Shown piece by piece: positions 51,301 through 61,816 of a stretch of DNA of 64,000 nucleotides (the stretch's first letter is position 1; each line of letters opens with the position of its first letter). The position numbers and the translations under genes were made by a program. The DNA comes from Lepidodermella squamata (Eukaryota; Animalia; Gastrotricha), in assembly GCA_047495785.1 (NCBI GenBank), contig JBLDXI010000015.1, positions 558,001 to 622,000 on the forward strand, given 5' to 3'. The notes under the pieces are model-generated. The model was not told the origin of the DNA, searched no databases, and saw nothing but the letters and a program-made list of their open reading frames with translations.

Positions 51301-51676
51301 TGAATTTTGATTAGCAAGTGCGTGTGTCTTTTCAGATGCTGATCAAAACTCGGACACTTGTCGTGTTAGCAGGGCATGTTGAAATCGGGAGGGCACATCC
51401 CTCATGAATGTCGGCTTAGGTCATCTCAAATCGACAACTTACTGCCGCAATGGAAGTTTATTTTGATTATGTAGGTTGAAGTTATGATTAAATGAATAAT
51501 TCTGTGCTGTTGACCTGATTTTTCTTCACCATCCAATGTCCAACTTTTATCCAATTCCACCCGTAGGGGAACATTTAATCACTCGAAAGCGTCTGTTTAT
51601 TCTTAAAGAAACACGCAAGGGATGAAAAAAACTTAATATCGAAATTTGATCTGAAGATGTTGCTGAGATCACTGAT
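48369..51676 (+). repeat. ~3.3-kb duplication unit, direct repeat of ~37284-40615
   Basis: Similarity extends into non-coding flanks: tttttggttgtcctgccg.atttgatt upstream, gatctcacttaagctaataaaatcgtcct in the promoter, gaaatttgatct.aaga.gttgctga.atca.tgat downstream. Confidence 0.8.
48721..51407 (+). CDS. GABA-B-like class C GPCR, copy 2
   Basis: Same five-exon structure as copy 1 with high similarity; last exon 51336-51407. Confidence 0.88.
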
Positions 51677-52167
51677 CGCCGTGTGTGAACTAAATTATTG
51701 TCGCAAATCGATCATTATCTCAAATGAGAATTTTGAATAGCATTAGGTTAGATTTGCGTTCGGCGTTCGCTATCAACCATTGAATGTAAAACAAACTGAA
51801 TCATAGATGAATCGATCTAATCATCAACCTCAGCTGCGTAAAATGAATGCTATATGTATCATGAAAACCGCTAGAAAATATCGGTTTAAAGTTTGTCCAC
51901 GGTGTTAAATTTGAAGTAATCTCTGCCTGATGTTCCTCAATGTTTCTCAGTGCTACTTGAATAAAGAAAGGTTAAAAGAAAGGCCAGAATTTAGCTCTCC
52001 TGATAAAACTCACAGACTTCCAGATATTCCTCTAACACAGTCATACACACATTCTGAACTCTGATGCTTAGTTAGTTGAGCAGGTGAATCTACATTCGAC
52101 TTGGTGAATCAATAAGCTCCCCATGCAAATGTGGATTAAATACTACTTCACAAAATCTGCGACAAGC

Positions 52168-52601
52168 ATGAAGTGTTTAGCTATCCTGTTCGTCGTACTG
52201 ACTTTACAATGCGACGTCAATGCTGAGGAATTCGCGTGTGGCAGCACCAGATCCCAACAATTAATCGCTGAGGCGATGATTGATGAGCACTGCTCGAGCA
52301 ATAAGGGTGATAAATTTCAATAATTTCCATTACAGATTCCTAACTAAATATTTCAGACCAGGTTAACCAATGTTGTTTAGCCCATGATACTTGCTACTCC
52401 AATCAAAAAGGCAGGCGGCGATGCGATAACACCTTTTGCGAGTGTCTTCGAGCGGCTACAACAGATTCGGACTGGTGCAACAATACAGGCTCACGTCTAA
52501 TGTGCATGGCTGTGAAGAACTTTGGCACTAAGGCATACAAGAATGCGAAGAGTGGCTCAGAGAAATTATCTAATTCTACCAGATCCCTATTAAGGCAATA
52601 G
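52168..52601 (+). CDS. Small secreted phospholipase A2-like protein
   Basis: Exons 52168-52306 and 52357-52601 give MKCLAILFVVLTLQCDVNA-EEFACGS..C..DQVNQCCLAHDTCYSNQKGRRRCDNTFCECL. The sPLA2 CCxxHDxCY motif and the CD..F.CL helix are intact. Confidence 0.85.
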
Positions 52602-52875
52602 TGATTATAACTCTGAGGCTATGGGCATGCTATATTCAAAGCAAAATTCGTGGAGTCATAAATTGTTTCCGATTTATCTTTCAATTAAATATCAGCTATA
52701 AGACTTGAGGAGATTTTTTAAATTTAGTTGGTAATGTGCAGCATGAGGCGATCGCCGAGCGTGTTTTAATGGGATGGCTAGTTCTTATCGCATTGAGAGA
52801 TAACACCAGCTTCTTAAATATTCCTCTTAATGCATCTGAATGCATTTTGAATACATTTCATTCCAAGCAGATAAA

Positions 52876-53154
52876 ATGACGACAAATTGTTTCTTGCAAT
52901 TACTGATACTTGTTTGTTCTCTCGCTGCAATTTACAGTGATGCTAAGCTCCAAGATGCTGTAACAATTCGAGACGAGCCACTTTGTAACGGTGTTCCTTT
53001 TGATCCGACTCAATACATCTGCTGCGATGGAGTTATAAACGGCCAGCCTTCGAATACTTACTACGTATGCTGCGGGACGAAAGCTTTCAATGTTATCTGG
53101 CAGTCTTGCTGCAACGGAAAAATCGTCAACACCAAACCTTGCCCGAGCTTATAA
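52876..53154 (+). CDS. Small secreted galaxin-like dicysteine-repeat protein (92 aa)
   Basis: Signal peptide followed by LCNGVPFDPTQYICCDGVI..VCCGTKAFNVIWQSCCNGKIV, the C.G..(Y/F)....CC.G.I galaxin-type repeat. Confidence 0.75.
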   Translation: MTTNCFLQLLILVCSLAAIYSDAKLQDAVTIRDEPLCNGVPFDPTQYICCDGVINGQPSNTYYVCCGTKAFNVIWQSCCNGKIVNTKPCPSL

Positions 53155-53404
53155 TGACAGTGTTGCTTCGGAGGCAGTTTACAATGTTTCTAACTAATAC
53201 ATTCGTATTCCTTTTCCAATTCAAATAAACGAAATTTTTTCGGGAATATACGGGCATTTTTCGGGAGCTTATTCTAACATTTTCGAGAATTTTCGCATAT
53301 TTATAATAACCAACGGTGCTGCGATATCCAGGTGTGATGATAGTCTGCAAAATAGATGTCATTCTTCAGCCAACAGTCTTAAAGAGGTAGGAGAGACGAT
53401 ACCG

Positions 53405-53432
53405 TCTTCTCTCTTCTCTCTTCTCTCTTCTC
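53405..53432. repeat. (CTTCTCT)n simple repeat
   Basis: tcttctctcttctctcttctctcttctc. Confidence 0.7.
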
Positions 53433-53724
53433 GCTTTCAATTTGAAACTTCATCCGTTGGAGACAATCTTTTATTTCTCAAGTCCCCTACTTTATCGGAA
53501 CATCTTAACCCGATCTTAATACCTTATTTCGAAAGTGTCATCCTCTTCTGCTGCAGCTAACGAGTTGCTTAACGGACTGGCGCCAAATGTTTCTCAGATT
53601 ATTCAACGCCATCGAGCTAGCTAATTTGCCCAGATTCGGCTGTGAAGTCTGAACGCTAGAAATTCTTACCTACATACATGCTGAGGCTTGGCGTTAGCTT
53701 TCAAATATCAGTTTGCATCACATA

Positions 53725-56377
53725 ATGAATTATTGTAGCCTCTTATTATTCGTATTTTATCTCAGCATCTTCGATGTTGTGGCTAAACTAGCTCTAAACT
53801 CATCCATGCCTGATTTTGAGGCATCCTACGACTACCAGAATTTCACAGCGAACCGAACGAAAATTCATGTCATGATGTCGCTTTCTTTCAGTGGAATTCT
53901 ACCCATGGGACCTCCGTGCACTGAAGCGGAAGGCGTTGCGCTTGACCAACTTAGGTCCGATGCCACCTGGCTCCCCAAATATGACCTCATCCTTGACCTT
54001 ATCGACGATGAATGCCTCGATGCTACAACCATAAACACTTTCACTCAGAGAATGAGGTCCAGCGAAGAAGCGGACAATCTCCTCCCGATTATTGTTGCGC
54101 CAGAATGCGAAGAGCAAATCGCGCAGTTGATGTCCGCATCGCTAGTCAAACAGTTCAATTTTTTCGGAGTGAGTTTTGAATCATGATTCTTAGTGATGGA
54201 AAATCATTTCGTCACACTTTTCAGATGACTCTCGCTCAAGGGACGAACAGAATGTATCTTGAGAGGCAACGATTTCCTAATTACCTGAACTTCGGCCAGC
54301 GAGGGGATATTCAATACATTGCTCTTTCCAGGTTTATCTCAAAAATGGGCTGGAAGAGAGTCGCGATCGTATCGGATCTTCTCCACTATGCGAATATGGT
54401 GAGCAATATCCAATATCCATATTGATAAGAAAAACTCCAACCCCTCTATTTCAGATGGATCCAGGTCTTGTGATGGCCTTGGAGGATGAGGAAATCTCCA
54501 TAGCTTACTTTGGAAAAATCGAAATACCATACGATGATATACCAGAGGTGAGAAACGAATTCACCGCGCTAAAGCAATCAGATGCCAGAATTATCATATC
54601 GCAATCGGGAGGCCCCACAGCTGTAGCCTGTTGGCTATACATGATGGAAATGTATGGCCCTCAATATGTCATATTCAGCCTATCCTGGTTCCCATGGCTA
54701 TACCCAGGGGTAGCCATTGTGCCGGAAGGGAAGGAGTGGTGCACCGAGGACGTTGTACTACAAGTTTCGCCTAGTTTCATATACTACGGCGATACAGGAC
54801 TTGGGCAAATTCTTGGTCCTGAAACTACCGATTCGACTGGATTATCTGAAGCTGCGATGAGGGAGAAGTTGAAAGAGAGGATCGATAGACCTGAAACGCA
54901 TCCCAACTGGGAATATTGGCCTGTTATATGCTATGACAGAGCACTAACAGTTGGATACCTTCTACATGAGACAGAGCAGGTCCTGAACGAGAGGAACGAG
55001 ACTTTGATCGACTGGGTAACTTCAAGACAGAATTTCAGGTTAAGAGGTAACGAGATTGTGGAGTCAATCAAAGAAGCTTCGTATAGGCTCAATATCACTG
55101 GTTTGAAAGGGGAGTATGGTATTAATCGTGCGACTAAGCTCACTAAAGGTTACGTCCCTATCACCTTCACCCGGACCTTCGCGAACAATTCCGGATTCGC
55201 AACAGCAGCGTATCTCAAGCAAAATGAGAGGAATCCCATTAAAATTATTGACTTGGCATGGGGGACTCCTGATGGTCAACCACCACCTGATAAGATCAGA
55301 AAAATTGACGTGAACGTTCCCATGATTCCAACTTCGACGAGTTGCATTATCCTCTGTCTATCGACAGCGCTGTTTTCTTTCATACTGGCAGTTTTGCTGA
55401 TAGTTTACTTGAAACATCGAGGCCACACATACCGATTTAGGAAGCTCCTATTCAATAGCGGAGATTACGCAATCTTGTTGGGCGATTTGTTTCTTCTCGG
55501 CTTTATTTTCCTTCTGCCAGTTGGGCTAACCTATGAAACAATCGCAATCAACTGCAACTTTGACACTTTCATGATGGTGGTTGGGATGTCTCTCGTTCTA
55601 TCAGGAATTTCGACAAAGCTGCAAGTCAGCGGCAAAAACGCTCTTGATACAACGAGTGTGCGAAGTGCCCCTTTTCTCCTCAATCCGTCTTCGGTTTATC
55701 ACTATCGGAGGTTGCCGCTGATAAGAAGAATCTACGACAAAATTCGTACGAATTCGGTAGCCTCATTTCCGTGTCTTTGGGCTCTTCAGCAGGTCTTTCT
55801 GATGGCTGTTGCATTAGGAAACGAGCCACTAGAGTCAAAAATAATCTTCGGGCCTAAATTAGATGGGAGCGATTCGAGTACTATCTATCGGCCTTACTAC
55901 TACGCATGCAAATTTTCCGAGACATTTTTCAGCGATTCTTTGAGCCCGGTGTTTCTAGCGCTTGCTTGTCTTTTGCAATTTTGTCTTCTCATACGTATTT
56001 GCATCCAGGTGTATAAAGTTCAGACGACCAAGGTAATTTTTTTAATTGTATGTGATCCTCAAAATATCTCGGTTTTGTCTTTCCAGCGATTGATTCGATC
56101 GACTCGAGGCAAGGACATGCGTAATTTGTCAAAATGTGTCTATTGCAAAGTTACTCTAATTGCGGCTGGGATTGCACTAGCGTTCACGAAACCGCCAAAT
56201 CGATCCGAGTACATGCCCGTTTTGCTAGCTTCTTTCGCTCTGACGTTCACGACAGCTAATTTGATTCCTGTGGTCCTAATGAAGGTGCGAATCAACTATT
56301 TCGTCTCATTTAAATGTTCTTCTTGCTTTTTGTAGATGCTGAACACCAATCGCAGAATGGTTACAATTGTAGGCTAG
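53725..56377 (+). CDS. GABA-B-like class C GPCR, copy 3 (more divergent)
   Basis: Same intron positions as copies 1 and 2; VFT + 7TM; last exon 56336-56377 ends in TAG. Confidence 0.87.
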
Positions 56378-56799
56378 GCCAGCCCATCGATATTTAACGT
56401 TAATAAGAAACCTTTGGCTAATATCTGGTGATATGAGTCATTTTGTGATTTCGACAGATCCACGAAACTATTCCGAAGAGGATGCGATCTTGCATGTTGG
56501 AGATGGGAAAGATTTTGTTGCTGTATTTGTTATTAGGACTAATGATTTCAACTAAAAACGAGTGAAGTCAGGAAATTTTGATGCTTATTCACCTGAAAAT
56601 GTTTCGCAGAGGTTCTGAGAGCTTGGAGCTCAAGTATTGATAATAATAGTTAGAGAGACCGCATTGCTAGAGATCGTTACAGCCTAATGATCAAGTCCTA
56701 CTTCACAGTTACGCTTATTCATCTTATTGTTCATGACCGGGATGCCGCCGTAACACCAATCGTCACGGATACCCCTTGAAAGTCGCACACTGATTCAGA

Positions 56800-57025
56800 A
56801 GTAAAGAACCTGCCAATTGCATCCCAGCAATATTATGCCTATGTTATTCAAGATTCCAGTTGTACATGAACAGAGGAAACGAAAGGCCCATGCCCGTATG
56901 AGACGCTCCATCTGAAAACAGGCTAATATATTCATTTTTTTGCGAACTTCCACACCATAAAGCAACGAAGGTAATAATGTTACATACGAAACATAGTTTA
57001 GTTTCTTAGTCTCATCTCGTGACAT
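56800..57025 (-). mobile_element. Possible RTE-like LINE RT C-terminal remnant
   Basis: TKKLNYVSYVTLLPSLLYGVEV..ILACFQMERLIR resembles the post-RT motif TK..Y...V.P.LLYG.E.W..L..F....LR. Short and degenerate. Confidence 0.45.
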
Positions 57026-57096
57026 GGAACATTCTTTTTTCTGAAAATATTGGCATTAGCAGCATCAAAGTATCTCGCTAAGTAAAATGTCAAGAA

Positions 57097-57150
57097 TTAT
57101 AAATGATTATTTATAATTATTATAATTATTTATAATTAATTATAAATTAA
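57097..57150. repeat. AT-rich low-complexity repeat
   Basis: attataaatgattatttataattattataattatttataattaattataaattaa. Confidence 0.6.
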
Positions 57151-57666
57151 AGAAGTAAAATGATTATTTGGGTTGCTTTCTAACGGAGTCGCTCACCTCT
57201 TATGTGCATCGTGTTTTCCCTTGAAGAGTGCTCCCTCGTTAGGATAAACATTCAGCTACTATTGGAGATTGAACTATTCAAAATGGGCTTATACACACCA
57301 GAAAGCGCAGCCGAGTATACTGTTTTTGTTTTGGCCGCCTTTCAAATCAAGTTAAGCATGTCTTTCACCAAAAGCGTCGAGACGGTTCCGCCTACTTCTT
57401 CACACTTCTCACATGCCACAAACCTGTCAAAACTGGAAGCCGACCTAACGCCCGCGAAGGCCGATGCACCACTAGTATGTGGCCGTAGTTAGACCAGAAG
57501 GCGTGACCTGAAAAATGATTAATCTAATAAATGTAAGGGAGTTATCTACCGCCGATTTTTCAGCTCGCGGGACAATCGTCTCTTATTGAGAGCCGCCCAT
57601 TATTATCATGCGAGGACGTGAGTCAGAAAACCCCCAAAGAGTGATCTCATAACACGCCCATTCGAG

Positions 57667-57674
57667 TATAAATA
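57667..57674 (+). promoter_or_regulatory. Putative TATA box of beta-propeller gene 1
   Basis: TATAAATA ~60 nt upstream of ATG 57733; the paralog has TATAAAT at 59723-59729. Confidence 0.5.
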
Positions 57675-57732
57675 CAGCTGAGATACTGCCAAAGGACATT
57701 TTCAATAACTACATAACTACTTTATTACGAAG

Positions 57733-59091
57733 ATGATGATTCTCACAGCTTTTACTTACACTTTGGCTCTTGCTTCACTTAGCGTAGCTGATTTCACGGC
57801 ATGGACTAACTCAGGTGGCGACCAGGCTCACAGTGGCTACAAACCCGTGGCTATTGGGGAGGAGCTGGATACTGTCTATTGGAGGCTAACAACGCTACTC
57901 GATTCAGATTTCGCGTCTAACGATCAAATATTAGCTTACAACAATACGATCATCCAAATAGGCGATAAGGGGCGAATCTATATTCTAGGCTCTGAAAACG
58001 GTGAGATCGTCAAAATCATGAACCTAAACATTCCCACCGAGCCTCAAGCTGCTACTACATGCCACCAGCCGATAATCAGCGAATTCGATCAAGTCGGGTT
58101 TCTATTTGTCCGATGCGAATCTGTCGAATCCTCAGCGGCAACTCGAGTCGATATGTTTGCCATTAATTTGCAGACCTACAACATCAGTGGGTCGTACACG
58201 TTCAACACAGCTGCCTACACGCCTTCGAACAATTTCGCTAGTGCTGTTAGCTCCGACACCGGATACTGGTACGCTGTCTCGTCGGATGCGAAGAATGTAA
58301 TTGGTTTCTACGATGCAAGGAACCTGAACAAACCAGCGATAGAGATCGAAATTCCAACTATTGAAAAATCTGAAGTTTTCGCAGCTTCGGTCTTCGACAA
58401 AACTCGCCTGTTTGTGTCACACAGGTTTTCCCTCACCGAAATTGATGGCATTACCGGGCAGATCAAAGATACAATCATTTTCCAAGATCCGAGCGATCCA
58501 ACCTCAGCTTCTGCCCATTTCGTGCCAATAATAGCTGGGAAATTCGCGATCATCACGAGTTTGACCTGTTCTGGCTCATCTTGCGAGGTCAATATCCATG
58601 GTATTGACATATTAGGGCCTAAATTGGTCTTAATATGGTCGCATACTAATTTTAGCAGCAATGCTAATGACATGCTGAGCATTGCTAGCGATGGCGAATC
58701 GGTTTATATTCTCGACAACGACCGGACGAGCATTGCTGTTCTCAGCATTGATGACGGCACTTTGGTCTCGAGGTTTCGGTGTAACAACTTGGGAGCGGCT
58801 AGAAGTGCCCGGCCTTACACTATCGTCACAGGGGATTTTGTGTTCTCTGAGGCCTGTAAAGGTCTTTCGATGATGAATAAGAATACGGGTGAATTGATTG
58901 ACCAGAATCACGACTCAGTCTCTGGGTTGGCGTATTACAAGAATCAGGTCTATTTTCGGCAATATGATCCACAGAGCAAGAACCAAAAAATTGGCTCTTA
59001 TCAGCTACTGCTCAAGTCAGTTGGCACGAAACCAGCATACAGTTGGGGTTTCGCCCTAGCTTTGATATTTGCTGGATATTCAAGATGGTAA
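57733..59091 (+). CDS. Intronless secreted PQQ/BamB-like beta-propeller protein with GPI-type C-terminus, copy 1
   Basis: Signal peptide; WTNSGGDQAHSGY N-terminal motif; repeated blade-like motifs (IYILGSENGEIV, LTEIDGITGQIK, VLSIDDGTLV, MMNKNTGELI); hydrophobic C-terminus WGFALALIFAGY. Confidence 0.7.
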   Translation: MMILTAFTYTLALASLSVADFTAWTNSGGDQAHSGYKPVAIGEELDTVYWRLTTLLDSDFASNDQILAYNNTIIQIGDKGRIYILGSENGEIVKIMNLNIPTEPQAATTCHQPIISEFDQVGFLFVRCESVESSAATRVDMFAINLQTYNISGSYTFNTAAYTPSNNFASAVSSDTGYWYAVSSDAKNVIGFYDARNLNKPAIEIEIPTIEKSEVFAASVFDKTRLFVSHRFSLTEIDGITGQIKDTIIFQDPSDPTSASAHFVPIIAGKFAIITSLTCSGSSCEVNIHGIDILGPKLVLIWSHTNFSSNANDMLSIASDGESVYILDNDRTSIAVLSIDDGTLVSRFRCNNLGAARSARPYTIVTGDFVFSEACKGLSMMNKNTGELIDQNHDSVSGLAYYKNQVYFRQYDPQSKNQKIGSYQLLLKSVGTKPAYSWGFALALIFAGYSRW

Positions 59092-59833
59092 TGACAATTC
59101 ACAAAACCGATGTGACTTGACTTGAGACTTGATAATGAGATAATTATATTCCAAAATAAAAAGTTAAATGGAACATTTAGCCATTTTGGTCTCGTATAAT
59201 CATGTCGTATGAGTCTGATAATCATTGGCTACCAAGATCCGCAAAGGTGAATTGATGGTTGCGAACCTGGTCCACATATTTGTCATTAACCATTATGGCA
59301 GCCGCGTCTATTCATTTGGAGAAAAAACTGTCGATATCCAGACGGGATTACATAACAAATTTACACACATAGTCACAGCTAGTTCCTAGGAGTCGTCTAA
59401 TCAACAGCAGATTCATGTTCCTCACAGATGTACGCAACAGAATGAGATTCGGAGCCGTGGTGAGGAGGGTGAAGAGCCGGATCCACCAGGAGGACTCTAT
59501 GGGTTGGCAAGCTTCAAGGTTGGCTGGCAGCAGCAGTCATCTCCAGCTTGGAACCTGTGCGAACGCTTCAAAGTGACACGGGAATATGGCCCAATTGTAT
59601 GCACAACAAAGGAAACAACCTAGATATAAAAACTGAAAAAATCGCTGCGACGTACACAGAAATCCATTTTGCGGCGTCTAGACAATATGTTATCACGACA
59701 ATACTTATCGCCCATAAAATACTATAAATCGTGGTTCGCCCAGTTCAGAATCAACCTTATCAGTTGTAAGTGCGCGGCAAGGCTATGAAAGCAACCAGTT
59801 TCCTTTTCAATACTATAACCCAATTCGACAAAA

Positions 59834-61171
59834 ATGTACACACTAGCTGTGAGTTTTTCACTTTTAATTGTTTCAAGCCAAACTTGCACTGCTCAATGGA
59901 TTAACGCGGGAGGCGATCATGCCCATACCGGCTTTAAAAACGAAACTCTGGGACCGTACGCGTGGAATTTCACTACCACCGAAAGATGGACGACAAATCT
60001 CCACACCGTTAATCCAACAAATCCAACCCAACTGCTCGCCTTCAACAATATGGTTATAGCAAGCGATGACAGATACGTTTATATACTAGACTCTGCATCC
60101 GGAAACATGGAGTGATTCCTCTTGCCCATGCAATCGGTTGTCGGTCGCCTCGGCCTCCAGAGCCTAATCGCCCGATTCGACGATTCCGACTTCGTTTACA
60201 TGCGATATGACTCCAAGGTCGATAGTGATGAGACATTGACTTATAACCTTCGCTTTGATCTAGGAAAGCAACAAATTGCCGATTTTTGGTATGCAAACTA
60301 CACGGGCGGAATGTCGAGCTCTTTCGTAAGCTCAGCTAGCGACTACTGGTATCTTATCTCGCCAGGCAACCCTGAATCTATCAGCTATTTCTATACTAAC
60401 CTCATGGGATTCCCATACGTGAAAGTACCGCTCGCATTGAGAGGGACCAGCATCTACGCATCATCTGTTAGCACCGACAATCGACTTTTTGTCAGCCATG
60501 CCTTTTCACTGACGGAATTGGACCCTAAAACTGGCGACATCATTCAAACTTTGCAGGTTCAAGATGTGAATAAAAAGGGGGCAAATATGTACCCCTACAC
60601 CCCTATATTGATGAAAAATATGGCTATAGCCCTTAGCATGACTTGCAGTGCGACGACCTGCTCCGTCAACATGCATGGAATTGACATCTCAGTCAAGGGG
60701 AAAATCTTTGAAAAATGGCGGAACAATGGACTCATATCCGATCCTGAAGATAGTGACAGCGTTGCAACTGATGGTGTTAAGATTTATTTCATTGATCGTA
60801 ATCGATTTGCTCTAGTTGAACTGGATTTCGCGACCGGCAATCTGATTAACGTTTACGTTTGTGGACTACTTGGAGATGAATTCAGTCCCAAGCCTAGGAC
60901 TATCGTATTGGCCGATTATGTTATCTCCGAGGCATGCGGTGCCATTTCTGTGTTCGATCGAACACATGCAAAGTTCGTTGTGAAGAACCTTGGCACAGGC
61001 AATGGGCTTACCTACTACAAAAAGAGAATATTCTTTCGGAAAACGGATCCATCCTCGAAGAATGTAGCTTTCAAGTGTGTTGAACTTGACGCTTCTCAGT
61101 CTGGCTCCTCCTTCACAATCAGCATTTTCTTACTAGCTTTTTCACATTCTTTTGCTGCCTTCGCATTCTAA
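59834..61171 (+). pseudogene. Intronless PQQ/BamB-like beta-propeller, copy 2, with one in-frame TGA at 60113-60115
   Basis: ORFs 59834-60115 and 60122-61171 are in the same frame (GNME*FLLPMQ) and colinear with copy 1 (WINAGGDHAHTGF, RLFVSHAFSLTELD, ISEAC). C-terminus SQSGSS + hydrophobic tail. Confidence 0.72.
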
Positions 61172-61816
61172 AGTGGTTTTCATCAGCAGTGTGGCTACTG
61201 TGTTTGGATCCATGTTAAAATACGTTTTAAACGCGTCAGAATTGTTTTCATGAATGTCAAATTAAGAAATAAAATTGAGAATAACCAATTTGTTCATTGT
61301 TCATCATTTAATAATCAGGTTCGATTGCAGGTTGATGGCTGCAGTTATTCCAAATTCCAAATAGTTCATTCTTCGTTAATTGTCGGGAAAATTCAGGAAA
61401 AATCAAGAGTATAAGCAAAAAACTTGCCCACTTCGAACAATCAATATTTTCAATGTAAAGAGGAAATCCTAATTACTTGTTACAATTTTGAACAATGCCC
61501 TTGGCCTTTTCAAATTGAAGCTCCCTGTGCCGCATAGGTAGTAAGGGCGCAAAAGTAGTACTGTTTGTTGTCCGAAATTAGTTTTAGTGACCTCAACGAA
61601 CTCACCATATCGAAGTACCATCCAATACAATATTTGCTCATGAACACGAGTTCATAGCCCGCTTGGCTCCTCATCGCCCGCCAACGGGGCCCGTTAATTA
61701 ACCGAGCCGCACTAGGGCTTCCAAGTCAAAGTTACTTTTCGACCCTTAGCGCTTAGTTACTTGTAAGAGATATATATGTACATATTAAGTGTATTTGTTT
61801 CTACAATTTTTTGTAA

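Noticed and set aside
57202-57492. 96-aa ORF, and similar short intergenic or antisense ORFs (7674-7997, 35379-35597, 47554-47841)
   Set aside because: No recognisable motifs, signal peptide or splice context.
6549-60115. Three isolated in-frame TGAs (6549, 43292, 60113) suggesting genome-wide UGA reassignment
   Set aside because: TGA is the true terminator of proteases A and C, the MAM gene, the channel and GPCR copies 1 and 2, and none occurs inside the multi-kb MAM exons. Independent point changes explain them.
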